Shown here piece by piece: positions 29,974-45,000 of a DNA stretch of 64,000 nucleotides (position 1 is its first letter; every line of letters begins with the position of its first letter). The position numbers and the translations under genes were made by a program. This DNA comes from Eledone cirrhosa (lineage: Eukaryota): positions 65,844,001 through 65,908,000 of the forward strand of contig OZ024746.1 of NCBI GenBank assembly GCA_964016885.1. Direction: 5' to 3'. The notes under the pieces are model-generated. The model had not been told where the DNA came from and did no database searches. It saw nothing but the letters and a program-made list of their open reading frames with translations.

Positions 29974-30852
29974 AGATACTTCTCCGGTATCTGTGAGATA
30001 TGGGTTCGATCACTCATAACCACTTTTTCCGTCCTTTAAGAGGTTTTACCCTAATATATATGTTATCTCATAGCACATCCGCGCTTGAGCACTCACACAC
30101 AAACATATACACACGTATATATATATATATATGTATATATTTATATATACATATGTATATATACATATGTATATATACATATGTATATATACATATGTAT
30201 ATATATATATATTATTTATGTTCATTCAAACAACACGAAAATGGTAACTTAAATTTAAAGATTGATTTAAAGCCATCTAGTCAAATTTTGAATGATGGAG
30301 AAGAAGGCTTGGAGGATTAAATTCGTGGCCTAATCATCCAAGATGGAAAAACTCATCAATTACATTCTTTCTTTCAAATTAAATCTATGTCCTCACCAGT
30401 CAAATACACTTACGCTCACTCACACACATACATATATCACTTACATTTTTTTTCCGTTTTACTATCTGCATATTCGCACACACCTTTCACTACATTCAAG
30501 CACACACATACATACATCCCACTAATTACACTTCCACGCAAAAACATGCATATAATCATACATTTCACAACACGCACGTTCGAAATTTTAACCTCTTTTC
30601 ATTTCATTTAACATCAATCTCCTTTCCAAACAATTAAATAATCACTGATCGATGGTTTAAGTCTCTCATAAGTATACTCCCTAGACAAAATATTTGGGAT
30701 TATCAAATTTGCTAAGGTAATATTCTTTTGTTATCTTCGCAAAATTGATTTTCTTGTATGGTTTTCTAAATTATTTAAATTTGTGTTTCCTGTTCAACAA
30801 TGCTTCAAGCAAATTACAACACTATGTTTATATATATATATGTATATATATA

Positions 30853-30937
<85 letters not shown>

Positions 30938-30962
30938 GCGTGTGTGTGTGCATGTGTGTGGG

Positions 30963-31002
<40 letters not shown>

Positions 31003-31068
31003 TGCGCGCGCGTGTGTGTGTGTGTGTGTGCATGTGTGTGTGTGTGTGAAAGATGTGCGTAGACATGC

Positions 31069-31100
<32 letters not shown>

Positions 31101-31230
31101 GTATATGTATTTCGTTTCTGAATTTGTTTAGCAAGATTCTTTATCTGAACACGTGTGCTGAAACCGATATTGTTATACTTAGGGAGGGTCATACATATAT
31201 ATAATATAAATATACATATATATAATATAA

Positions 31231-31271
<41 letters not shown>

Positions 31272-32900
31272 TCAACGCCTGCCACCCCAACGCCGTAGCC
31301 TTTTTCTCAAGGTACGTGGACGATATCCTCATCCTCACATCTTCCCAAGACACGGCGAACAGAATCTATGAGACGTTCAACAACACGGACGAGAACATTG
31401 ACTTCAGTGTTGAACACCCCAACGAAGACGGGTCACTTGCCCTCCTCGACTTCCGAATCAACATCACGGAACAGGGAAGGATCCACTGCAACTTCTGCCG
31501 AAAGGCAGCCTGCAGAGACCTATTCGTTCACTACAAGTCCGCCCTCCCTAACAGTGCCAAAAGGGGATACATCACGAACGGGATCGCGCGAATCAAAAAC
31601 AGATGCAGCGATCCCGCGAGTGGTGTCACTCATACCAAGCGATTCCTCGAGGTGCTGGAGACGAACGGGTACCCTACCTCGATCACAGACAGATTAGGAG
31701 ACACCAGACGCAAGAGACAGAGAAGCACCCAAGGCAAGTGCTTCCATAAAATGCCACACCTGGGCGAGAAAACCATCAACGCTATCCGCAAGGCTATACG
31801 GAGGGAGGGCCTCGACATCTACCTGGCCCACTCGGGCCCCTCCCTGCGAAAATGCCTCTCCAGGAAACTTGAAAAATCTACTGACACATGCTCCCTCAGA
31901 GATTGCCCGATACGCCATGCGAACTGTTGCCTGCGCACATACGTCGTGTATAAGATAGAATGTGACAGGTGCAACCAATACTACATAGGTAGCACAATTC
32001 GACCTTTGCACATCCGGATCAAGGAACACACTAAAACCAGGCCCTCGTCTTACCGGAAACACATAGACAAATGCGGAAACAAAGACGGAAGGCCCATTGT
32101 CACAATTCTAGCGACTGAAAGAAACGTCGGCACGTTACGTATCAAGGAAGCGCTTTTTATCAAACGACTGCAACCGCAAATAAACAACCGATCAGAGAGA
32201 AGCGAAATGAGATGGCTGGTTTAAGTTAACAAGCGATGCAACAACACACAACACACGCACACACACACACATGCATACACGCATACATACACACACGCAA
32301 ACGAGACAACTACACACACACACACGCACACACAGTAGCATTCCACCATACAAACATACTACACTGCCAATACAGAGGAACAAGGCAACAACACACGCAC
32401 ACACACACACACACACTCAAGCGAGACAACAACACACGCACACACACACACAGTAACATTTAACAAACAGGCAGAGAATGGACTGACAGCTAGCGCCATC
32501 CCACTCCCTCATTCGGCCGCTGACCTCTGTACGACCGACCCCATTTCACGCGCACGCGCGCTCTGCCGAATACCTCAGATATTCAAAACAACAAACAGCA
32601 AACGACGCGTTCCGCACTTGTTCGACAGACAACCTTTTCCCCCACCCCGGAAAAACCCCAGTTGATGGATGTGAATCCGAAATATATAGGGACTATTAAA
32701 TCTCTCCCAAGGTAACTCTCTCTTGTGTTGTTATTTTAATTTTATCCTTTATACTCTTCCCTTCATTCTACACATCTCACACATCTTATACACACCACGC
32801 TTCTCAACGTACACCCACTTACATCTCTCTCTCCACCACCGGACCTTGTTACCTGGAGATTTACCCATTTGCATTGTCGAGGCTTCCAAACGACTTAAAG
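31272..32900 (+). mobile_element. 5'-truncated Penelope-like element (RT C-terminus + GIY-YIG)
   Basis: RYVDDIL, LALLD, VVYKIECDRCNQYYIGSTIRPLHIRIKEH and IKEALFIKRLQPQIN in an uninterrupted ORF to 32224. TA flanks. Confidence 0.93.
32656..32691 (+). ncRNA. HHR-like motif in the PLE 3' region (variant core)
   Basis: ccc-CAGTTGA-t-ggat gtga atcc-GAAA-tata-TA-ggg, then ATTAAA. Confidence 0.55.
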
Positions 32901-34252
32901 ATATATATATACATATATATAAGTATGTATATGTATATATTTGTTTCTTGCGTTAAGAGCTTTGTTTACACCTCTAGCTACAGACATAAAATCTTCTAAA
33001 AGTCAGTATTGTTTGCCAGACTTCCTTAACCTAGTCTTTAGTCCACTACTCGACACCTGGAAGATGTGAAATTCGATTTCTTGCAGACCTCTGTGTTCAT
33101 CCGTATGAGATGAGTACAATGAATGCTATCTTTATTATCACACTGAAATACTAACGTCATTCACGTTCTTTGATACCTGAATTTTAGGTGTATTCGCAGA
33201 CGATATAATCGTAAAAAATGGAATTGCCTTTAGGTGATTTTTAGATAGGTTCATACATAATATATTATAGCCAATATTTCAATCAAACGTAGTGTAGCAA
33301 ACGTTGATCTAAATTTCATAAACCGCTTCTACAATTTTTTAATGCTTCTACATATTACGATTTACGCAAAACAAATGTTTTTTAGATTGTACTGAAAGCA
33401 GAAAGCATGCCATGTGTCATTTAATATGTGGTTCAGTTATCGTTGATTATTTCATTTCCATATAATGTATAGAAACTAAATCATCCTGGCGTAATTTATA
33501 TCTGTGAAGACTAGATGAAATGAAATTCTTCTCCCGGATTCCATCTTGTTGATATTATATACACAGATGAGAGAATATCTTCTATTGGTTGCATCAAAGA
33601 ATTATCTGAAAAAAATTGATTCCCATAAAATCAGAAACCATGATGAGCAGCAATTCTGAATGTTTCGTTTCGAAGAGTGGCGCTTTGAATTTTCGTTATG
33701 AACAGCCGCCCGCTCTCTGTCTCAGTTACTTTATATCTCTTTCATCCTCTTTCTCTCTCTCATTTTCTTCATCATTCCTTCACCCCCTTTCTCTCTCTCT
33801 CACAATGTCTTTCGCTTCCACGTTCACTGTAAGACTTACAGATTAAAATTTAAGAGAAATGGTCTGGGCCCATCGACCAAGAAGATAACTCAAGTAGATG
33901 AGGTTAGCTTGAAACTTGTTGTCATACAATGAATGTCGATTCTGTCCCTAATTCCACCAAGCTATTACCACAATTGTCTTCCCTTGCCTCTGCTATAAAG
34001 ATGAAAAGGATTATATTTTCAAGGAAAAATTCTGCTCAGTAAGGAACGAATACCACGCAACTGTAATGGATGACGTCGCTAACAGGTAAGGAGTAGCACC
34101 TGTACAATCCGTATAAAATGCGGCATAATTCACCCTCAACAATGTAACAACCACATTCAAATAATACTGGTTGTAAGACTTTACCCGCGTTATTACACCC
34201 CTATCACACACAGACCTTTATATATATATCGTTCCTTACCACATTTCCTTCG

Positions 34253-34344
<92 letters not shown>

Positions 34345-34471
34345 GTGCGTGTGTGTGTGTGTATGTATATATATATATTACATGTGTGTGTGGGTGTGTG
34401 TGTGTGTATAGATAAATATAATATACACATGCATATATACACACCCATATCTATCTATCTGTGTGTATATA

Positions 34472-34549
<78 letters not shown>

Positions 34550-34668
34550 GGGATAGTATGTTATTACTCTAAGGACCTACCTTATCGAGTGCTTTGCTAA
34601 CTCATTATTTCTTATAGTAGGCCGAATTTGCTTGCAAATCGCCAGAGATTCGATTTTACTAAGTATCC

Positions 34669-34785
<117 letters not shown>

Positions 34786-34895
34786 TATATACACATTAAG
34801 GAAGGCTAGGCTGTGTGACGAGTGTTAGAAGCGACACGAACAAAAGATGGACAGTTTCCCTTTGTCAGCTATTTACTATGGGTCACGTATATTTC

Positions 34896-35088
34896 GGCGC
34901 ATTTGGTTTGGCAGTATCGGTAGAGGGTCGGACAACATGCTTTGTAGCACAGAGTTACGCCCCTTTCTGATCTGGGTTCAAATCCTGCCGAGGTAAACTT
35001 TGCCTTTCATCCTTACAGGGTCGATAAAATAAAGTACCAGTAATGCACTGGGTAATTGCTGGCCTTGTGCCAAAAGTAGAAACAATTA
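34896..35088 (+). mobile_element. tRNA-SINE
   Basis: A/B boxes, central domain, gtagaaacaatt tail. Confidence 0.9.
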
Positions 35089-36649
35089 TATATATATATA
35101 TATATATATATATTCCATATTTTATTTATGGTTTAGTAATTCTATTTGGGGTCGTCATTTTATATGTAATTACTCAGAGAGTAGAAACAATGTGTGTTAC
35201 ATCGTATTGTAACAGGAAAATGTGCGATGTACTTTCCAAAGTTTATTTAGGTTGTCAAAGAACATATCATATTTTTATAATGTGTAGACGGAACCTCATT
35301 ATGGCATGGTCAATCCAAATTTTACCACTTGAAAATCGGGCGAGAAGCATAAACGGAAAGAAATTGCTCAACAGAATTTATTATAGTTCTATATCACATA
35401 GAATCTCTACTGGGAAATGGCATTCTGCTTGAGATGACAATTTCCTCTGGATATTCTCCAGATTGTAATGGTTCATCGAATAGTGTAAACTATGTGGAAC
35501 ATTTGGCTATAAATTTCAAAGAAAACAAATTCAGCTACTTGATTTTTTTTCATTTTTTTTTCGTTGCGTATACCATGTGTCAACACACACTGACTGCTAT
35601 ATATAAAATAAAAGAAAGTTACACAAATAATATACACTGAAATATAAAGTGGATTATCGAATATAGATTCCTACTTTAAACGTCTACACTTTGAACATTC
35701 TTTGTTCTGTGTTATGTTTTCCTCCAATAACATTGTATGAAGTTCAGAAAACAAAATGTATTAGATTTTAAATATTTTAATCGAATTTCTAACGTATTTG
35801 GAGCGTCATCATTAATTTACAGTTGGAAAGTATAAACACTGTTTAAGATATTTCAATATTCTGAAAGTGTACACGGCATAGGTTAGTAATTCTAATTATT
35901 ATTTGAATTTAAACTTTGAAAGTTAAGGGGAATCTATTGAAATGACTACGATGTTGTCTAAAGATAATATTCTTCTTTATTTCTATTTAACTGTAATTTT
36001 TAAAGCTCAGTGCATTCGATGATTTGTATTAATGTATACAGAAATATATTTTTGTAGACAGCATATTGATGTAAGGTTAATGTTCTTTTACCAACAATTG
36101 TTAATGTTCTTTTCTTTAAACGAAGTAACTAACAACTTTCTTTAATCATTCTTAATATGACATATTACTACGATTTCTCTCTGCTAAATCACATGCATTT
36201 ATGCCCTCTCATATTATTTTCTTTAGTTTACATTTGATAAAACAAGATCACTTCAAATGGATATGTAATTCTAGATATTCAAGGGGATCATTGGATAAGA
36301 GAAATTTCCAATGAGTGATCATAATCAATTTTTATATAATATGAATCAATATAGAAAAATCACCACGATGATTACCTGATTCATTTCTAAACTCCTGGTA
36401 GATATTTCCTATGCTCTGATTATACACGTATTACATGAGGTAGCTGTTCACAGCACAAACAGAGAAAAACATTATTTTCATAACGAAATGATTTTCTTTC
36501 ATTGCAAGGCCCTCATGAATTTATTAAACATAAATATATTGTATATGTGTTTATATACTTCTCTAATAACGAATATTCCCAATGAAGAGTTTTTTGTTAA
36601 AAATTCGGCCAATCTTTCAATGTAAATATTCGATGTACGTGCCATGATT

Positions 36650-36923
36650 ATAATTGTTTCTACTTTTGGCACAAGGCCAGCAATTATCCCAGTGCATTAC
36701 TCGTACTTTATTTTATCGACCCCGTAAGGATGAAAGGCAAAGTTAACCTCGGCGGGATTTGAAATCCCGCCGAGGTTAACTTTGCCTTTCATCCTTACGG
36801 GGTGGATAAAATAAAGTACCAGTAATGCACTGGGTAATTGCTGGCCTTGTGCCAAAAAGTAGAAACAATTATATTCCTTACGGGGGTCGATAAAATAAAG
36901 TAACAGTAATGTACTGGGTAATT
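36650..36923. mobile_element. Head-to-head SINE palindrome plus a third partial copy
   Basis: 36650-36760 and 36762-36872 are inverted about the B-box remnant gggattt-g-aaatccc. Confidence 0.9.
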
Positions 36924-37585
36924 AGCGTCGTCATGTACTCCGTGTTAAATTGTGATGTGATGGTAAACATGCATCAAGTATTAACAAGATATACGTTAGA
37001 TATATATGAGCTTTCAAATATTTGCCTTTTATTTGGGGTTATTCTTATTATTGTTTCCGCAAATCACTTTCTTTTGTTGCTAGGATTAGCTAGTTTCAGA
37101 CCAAACGTCTATTCAAATTTCGATTATATTACACAGATGTTTGAACGGGAAATAACATAAAAGCCGAGGAATTCGTGAGACTTTATAAAAAAAATCTGCT
37201 TCGTCCCCATTAACTGTATACCACTTCAATCATTTTGAAAAATAATATGATGAAAGGTGATTAATACGGTAAAGGGCACAAAGCATAATTGTTTTTATTT
37301 TATTTTATATATACAGTGGCGGTGAAGCTGGAGAGGGGAGGGGGGCATGCACCTTCCAATAATTATATTTTCTTCGCAAACTACCAAAACACATTTATTC
37401 GTATATACGCTACATGTGTATGTTATGTTTATCGAATGTCGAAGTTATTTTTACCATTTTCGAGTGCAAAGAGCTAAACTAATCATTACAATTATATTGT
37501 CCAAATTTGGACACCCCAATTCAGAAATGCTTCCACCGCCCCTGTATAATATACATGTACATATTTATGTGTTTGCATATGAGTT

Positions 37586-37642
<57 letters not shown>

Positions 37643-37659
37643 ATTATATATATATATTA

Positions 37660-37750
<91 letters not shown>

Positions 37751-37759
37751 GTATATATG

Positions 37760-37794
<35 letters not shown>

Positions 37795-39631
37795 TTGCAG
37801 ATGTGGCGGTCTGACTATGTCTACATCTGTGAACGTGCGTATGTATGTGTGTATTGTATGTGTATCGGTGATTGTGAATGTGTGGATATATTAGAGTTTG
37901 CGTGTGCGTGTGGCTATATGCATCCATGTATGTGTTTGATTATGTTTACAACTACGTACGTGTGTGTACATATCTGATTGCCAATACGTCCAAATACTGG
38001 CCGAAAATCTGGTGCAATTTCAATTCAACTTTAAAAGATACAAAGGCATGTGACTTAATTATATCTGCGGACACTATTTGGTAAATATAGCCTAATGACC
38101 TACCGATTTCAAATATCCACGGCGCCCTATGGTGCCCGGAACATCTTCATAGAAATTTCTTTGATGTTTTTTTATATTTTCTCTTTTCTAATTTTTATTT
38201 TTTCCCATTATGAGACCGCCGGAAGTATATTCCCTGCTTCCCTTCTCTCTCCCTATTAGTGACGCCTATACCAAACAAAAACTAAATAACATGACACACC
38301 ACGTGAATGTGAACTGACAAAGCCAGGAATATATATACCATTGTACTTAGATATCTTTCTTCATTAAGAAATCCACAAATTTCATAAACTGTCGTATCAG
38401 AGTTGAGCGCGATCGATACAAATCGATCGTTGAGCTGATCGATCGATAAACGCACGTCACACATAAATAAACATAATGATAATATATTGATCCTGCATTC
38501 TTACTCCACATAGGAGTTTATCAAGAAAACTATCCCTTCCAGAAGCCAGATCATTACGCCTCAAAAATAAGAAAATAATAGCAAAAACAAACTATAACAT
38601 CAAATAGGTTTATACAATTTTCTTGCATACCACCAGAAGTGATTAAAGGTAATTTTAAAACGTTAACTGTATTCGAAAAACTACTTGCATTTCATGCTGT
38701 TTATTTTCTTTCGTCTCTCAATCCAAAATTATAGAAACAAGATTTATTATTCACAAAATAATCTGTCACAAATGAAGGCTATGAAGTGGAAATAATACAG
38801 AAAAGTTTTAAAATTAAATGTCTTTACGTTACCGTCTCCAGGAAATCTTATTATAAAATGCCTTAATTCGTTCAATTTCCCGACAACATAATTATAAATC
38901 TTATGTCTGAATACAGAATATGTTATTTTGCTTAAATAGTTATATGAAAATTAAATACTGAAGAAAGAAAAATTGTTCTTTGAAACTCTGCGCATATGGG
39001 CATTTCATGCATATCACGTGTTTTTACTATTGTAATTAATTGAGAATTGGCCTATTCCCAGAGGAAACTAGAGATTAAATTTATGTTATATTTTCCAATG
39101 ATTTAATTTTAAGGGCACACAGAACTATTGGAATTGCGTGTTACAATTACAGATCCAAACTAAATGTTGAAGATCAGGTAACTTCGTACATATATGCCTA
39201 TGTCACAAAAATTATCACCGTATTAAGCGATCAAGTCTCAAGTGTCTTAACAGAATCTTCATGAAGATGGTTTTAGAATACGAAGTATATTTCTATAATC
39301 GAGAAGCTTTCCAACAACTGGTACATACGAGCTGTGTTAAATCAAAAACATGTTAGTTTAGTGCTATTAAATAATTATATCGAGAGTTACGCATTGATCT
39401 TAGCTACTTTCAATTAGAAAATAAAAATAAGAAATGCAGTGATCTCTGATGGCAGATGAATAACGTAAAATTACTCATCAAAAACTGCGCTGCTAAGAAT
39501 TCAAACTTAATTCGATGTCCAAAACAAAGAAGGATAAAATAAATTGTTCCCTAACTTTGTAGTTTCTTATTGTGTACTGCATAATTAAGATTTAGTAGAT
39601 TAATAAATGGGGATATTGTTATTGAAATAAT

Positions 39632-39811
39632 TGTTTCTACTTTAGGCACAAGGCCAGCAATTATCCAGTGCATTACTGGTACTTTTATTTTATCGACCCC
39701 GTAACGATGAAAGGCAAAGTCAACCTCGGCGGGATTTGAACTCAGATCGTAAAGGGGCGTAACTATGCTGGAAAGCATGGCGTCCCACCCTCTTCCGACA
39801 CTGCCAATCCA
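39632..39811 (-). mobile_element. tRNA-SINE
   Basis: Near-identical to 1684-1867. Imperfect TSD attgaaat(a/g)at. Confidence 0.9.
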
Positions 39812-40472
39812 ATTGAAATGATAGTAATCCCATTAGTAATAATATGTACGCAAATTTGGATGAGTAAGACGGTAATAAGATTGTGGGTTTGACCACATGT
39901 TGGTCAAGTATATTTTCTCATAGCTTTTACGTGACTTTTAAAACATATTAGAGTGATGAAATATTTACTATTTTCGAGTTGTATGATAAACTTCAGATGA
40001 ATAAAAGAAGTCTCCTTCATGTTGAGGACGAACGGACGATTATTATTCAATAATTATTAAATGTCTGAATACCAGGGTAGTGAAATCAAAATTTGATCTG
40101 ACCCGAATTTAATCCTAGATATTTAAGAAAACAATCTTGGCACCTGAATGTAATGTTTAGACACTGGCTATTTACCAATAGTATCAAATTTATGAGACCA
40201 AAGTATAAATAAATCATATTAATAGCGGATGCATTGTGATGCCTTCTTATGTTATTATATTGCAATATCGATGCGCAAATATACAGACTGCTGTCAGCTT
40301 TGAAACGCAGAAAGAAATCTGTTAGTTGAAAACCAACTACGTAGAACGACCTATAATAACCGTAGACATCAAATATGTACATCATCATCATAATCATAGT
40401 GAAGAATAAAACTGCATAAGTGAGGATGAGGGGAAAAATATATAACAAATGAGCAAAATATGAGCAAGAAAA

Positions 40473-40570
40473 CAAGAAGAAGAAGAAAAAGAAAAAGAAG
40501 AAGAAGAAGAAGAAGAAGAAGAAGAAGAAGAAGAAGAAGAAGAAGAAGAAGAAGAAGAAGAAGAAGGAGG
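40473..40570. repeat. (GAA)n microsatellite
   Basis: Trinucleotide run. Confidence 0.95.
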
Positions 40571-42605
40571 AGGCTACGATGATGATTACGATAATGATAA
40601 TGATAAATACAACGAAGAAGAAAATAATAACAAACAACGCAAGGAAAGACGGCGAAGAAAAGAGATCAAATATATAAGAAGAATCTGAAAAAGTTGAAGA
40701 AAAAGAAGTATAAGCTGTTGGTATTTAAAAATAAAGCTGGAAGAAAGGAAGAAATGATAGTAAAATGGGACGAAGAATACACAAAGTGAAAATGAAAAGA
40801 ATATCATTTCTGTTGGACAGGAATGATAAAATAAATAAATTGATAATAACAAATATATAATTAAATAAGCAGAGAAAAAATGTTACGAGAATAAAAAGAA
40901 AGGATTCAAAAACATAGACAATGAAAAGTCATGTAGTCGGAAGGGAGATCTTCGAATTTAATCAAGCGCTTAGAAGTTTTCTGACTAACATCACCAGTAT
41001 CACCTGAATAACCTTAGAAGAAATAAAGCTGAGAGAAGTAGAACAATGGAATTAAGTACACACCACTGCCAATAGCATCTTCATAGGCAGCTATTGTAGC
41101 TAAACAAGGAAAGGACGAGGAAAATCATGTCATTTTTACCTCCTTACGGACAACTGAAGAAGCACACCAGGTACAAACATAGAAGGGCCGAACTTCCAGT
41201 TATCGCCTCCATCTCTCACGTCCTGCCCATCTATCTGTATTATGAACAAATGGGGTCCCGCGTGCTGGCCGCCCTACGGTTCCGGTGGACAGAATTCAGA
41301 AGGTGTTTCCCCAGAGATGGTAAGGGAGATGCGCTTGGCAGTGGTGTTAGATTGTCCGGTAGTATACTTTGCGAAATTTGTTCTGATTCCTAACGGTCCC
41401 AAGTCAAATCCCGTCGAGGAGAAATTTACCATTCCTCGCGTCGAGGTTGGTAAATATAGAACTGTTTCACTGATGCCGTTCGAATCTTTTTCTCTCACGA
41501 CTTCTTTCACTCCTTTGCTATCTCTGTCTGCCTATCGTTCTCTCTCACCCCCTCTCTCTCTCCCTCTATTTCACCTAATCTCTGTTTCTATCTTTAAACA
41601 TCTTTCTGTTCAGACTTTGATTCAATCTGCTCAATTGGATTTGAAATACTAAATATGGTACACCTTCACCTCCATAACGAATTGCTGGATGAAGAAAGGA
41701 ACATATTCTTAATAATACACTGACACCACATCCATAATAACGTACGAATGACACCAGTACACTGAAACAACAGCAATAGGAAAGGAATCAATACCATTTC
41801 GAGAACCTCAGGAGCATTGAAGATGGTCATTAGAGAAGACAGAACAAAAGACCAAATTTTTCTCAACTTTCACCCTGTCTAGAAAAAGAGGCATAAGGAA
41901 ATTGTGGTCCAGTCTTCCCTGAGAATAGGAAAAAGATATAGGATGGAAATGGCTGGAGTGCCATTGATCGAAATATATTTAACCAGAGATGACTTTGACC
42001 GAAACAAGAACAATAATACACGTCTAACACCACAAAACTAGTACTCGCATAGTACTAACGTGACCCTCATGCCACCACACGTTACTAACACTACCCTCAT
42101 GCCACCACACTCACCTTCCAGTAGTTGTGTCACAAACTCACATTAATATTAGTCTTCATTTTTTCCATCGCTCTAGACACCTAAACAGTAATACTAAATA
42201 CTACCTTTTCCACTACCAGTATCAGCAATACCATGAGCATGATACGTCAGCTATGAATATAACATGCTGAATGAATTACCTGTATTTAAAAACAAAATCA
42301 AGTTTTCAGTACAATGGCTACGGCGACATGCAACACCACCATCACAAATAATATAGTTAACACCCGATTAACACCAACACAATAACCACAAACTCCATCA
42401 TCAATAACTGCGGTAGCTACGACTTTTATCATTAAAAGCACCCCTTTCCATCCCACTAATCTTCCATTCATTGAGAACAGGCAGAAATATATATTTTTAG
42501 AAAACATGCCGCGAAAAAACAATCAATATTTGGTATCAATACAGAGTGGCAAGCAGTACATTATAGAACAGTAACTATGTTGTTTATTTGCTTTTTGTAA
42601 ACACA

Positions 42606-42679
<74 letters not shown>

Positions 42680-42737
42680 TGTGTGTGTGTGTGTGTGTCT
42701 GTGTGTATGCATACATATATATATATATATGTGTGTA

Positions 42738-42790
<53 letters not shown>

Positions 42791-42793
<3 letters not shown>

Positions 42794-42926
42794 ATTGTAA
42801 CACAATAAATTGAGTTCAGATGCATCACTGATTTTACGTTTTATATTATATCATACTCTGTTCTGTAAGAACATAGAGTGCTCAACCGGCATACCGCCAA
42901 TGGAAGCATCTTAGCTACCATTAGAT

Positions 42927-42928
<2 letters not shown>
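42791..42928 (+). mobile_element. Family F 3' fragment
   Basis: Begins within HHR stem III (aattgtaacacaataaa). Tail matches 59927-60052. Confidence 0.7.
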
Positions 42929-42981
<53 letters not shown>

Positions 42982-43028
42982 TATATACACATATATATAT
43001 ACACATATATATATGTATATATATATAT

Positions 43029-43075
<47 letters not shown>

Positions 43076-43078
<3 letters not shown>

Positions 43079-43472
43079 GATATTAATAAATAGAAACTAT
43101 ATTTATAAAACCATATTTATTTCATTATATATATTTCAAGGATACCAAGTTACATTATGGTATGCCTTCATCAGACAAAATACAATATATAACAGTTTTA
43201 TAAATAGACATTGACGTAACCCTTTTAAAAATTGACCGTTGTTTTTGGAGGCCATCAGGATATAAAACTGTTATATATTGTATTTTGTCTGATGAAGGCA
43301 TACCATAATGTAACTTGGTATCCTTGAAATATATATAATGAAATAAATATGGTTTTATAAATATAGTTTCCATTTATTAATATCGTATATCTACTCCAAA
43401 TATTTGTCGAGTGCTTTATTTCAGTTATAAAAATATTTGCTTGTTGTATCCCAACAATTTAAATAAATCTTT

Positions 43473-43476
<4 letters not shown>
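43076..43476. mobile_element. Family A foldback, copy A3, two intact opposed HHRs
   Basis: Arms 43076-43203 and 43262-43388 are almost identical. HHRs at 43118-43182 (-) and 43281-43345 (+): tattttgt-CTGATGA-aggcatacca...tggtatcctt-GAAA-tatatata-atgaaata. Confidence 0.9.
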
Positions 43477-43562
<86 letters not shown>

Positions 43563-44129
43563 CATTTTGTCTGCCATAGTTAATAGTTAAAGTATGTTTG
43601 TATGATAGAATACTATCACATTCAAACCTTTCCTGTGGGTGTTATACATTATTCCAAGCAGCTCTAGCTTGAGTGCGGAAATGAACTAATGATTTCGCAT
43701 CACATGAATGTTAAAGTCATTTCATCTATGTTTGTAGTAAAATAAGAATCAATAATAATACTAATATAATTAGTAATAAACACGTGTTTGATTAGCTGAA
43801 TCGGAAGAGTGTCCGACAACATTCTTTGCGGTATTTATTTACGGCTATTTAGGTTCTGTGCTTAGTTGCCGGCGAAGTTAAATTCTATTTCATTTTCCCA
43901 AGGTAAATTTATATTTCCTCCTTCCGAGGTAGGTAAAATAATACACTGGTCTAGTCAAGTATGGGACTCGTAATTCAAAGAACATGAAGTGACAACATTC
44001 TGAGAGTGGCGGTAAATTGACTCTTGTATATGTCACACGAATAAATTCCGTGTATCCTGAATAATTGCCCATAACCTACAGCGGTCAATTCAAAATATTC
44101 AGCTTTATGTCTACTTTAAGATAAATCCA

Positions 44130-45000
44130 ACTAATTACTAATACAGCAACAAACAACCCAGTTTAAAGATGGAACGTCTACATCAGCGTTCCAACTAATA
44201 TATATAGCGGTCAAACCCTTCCACAAAGCACACCCTATTGTCTATAAAATATTGTTTATAGCTGTGAAAGTAGGGGAGTGTTACTTGGAACCCGCTGTTG
44301 CCTACGGCGTTTTTGTAGTACGGTACTTATCGAATAAGATGTTGAACGAAGAGAAGATGGAGATCTCCTATGTATTCACGTTTTTGAATATTGTCGTTGA
44401 GAACCAAGAACGTTTATTTATATATCGACATTTACTAATTCATTTTATGCTAGAATATCTGTGTATTAAAATGTGGTGTCTAAGAAAGCTACACAAGTAA
44501 GGTTAGTTACATCTGAAGTGTCAAGCCGTAGCTCAATAAATATATCCATGACACTTTTCCTGATAGCATCTAATGTATGGCCATCTTTATGATATGATAG
44601 TGCTAGGCCGTTATCTCGGTACAAAGCGATATTACAATCTTGGAACTTATTCTTCTGTCTGTTCCGTATCTGTATAATCCGATAAGAACTCATTATTTCT
44701 TCTCATATTGGCGTTGGATTGCCAGTATCGGTAGAAGGTCGGACGCCATGCTTTGACGCATAGAGTTACGGCCCTTATCATCAAATCCCGCCGAGGTTAA
44801 CTTTGCCTTTCATCGATAAAATAAAGAACCAGTAATGTACTGGGTAATTGCTGGCCTTGTGCCACAAGTAGAAACAATTATTTCTTCTCATATTTAAATG
44901 TTATATACCCGTGTCAGAGCTAGTTATTATCTACCTAATTGACATTTATTGGAAGCTATTGTTGGGGTTAGTTTCGAAGCATAATAGTGTGTCCTGTAGT
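44130..45000 (-). mobile_element. Decayed PLE RT fragment split by a SINE
   Basis: NIALYRDNGLALS...VAFLD, homologous to NIGVYRDDGLAVS...ANFLD in ORF 58627-58971. Confidence 0.7.
44710..44876 (+). mobile_element. tRNA-SINE with 18-bp TSD
   Basis: TSD attatttcttctcatatt at 44692-44709 and 44877-44894. Small internal deletions. Confidence 0.9.

Noticed and set aside
40086-40637. 183-aa poly-Phe ORF
   Set aside because: Antisense translation of (GAA)n.
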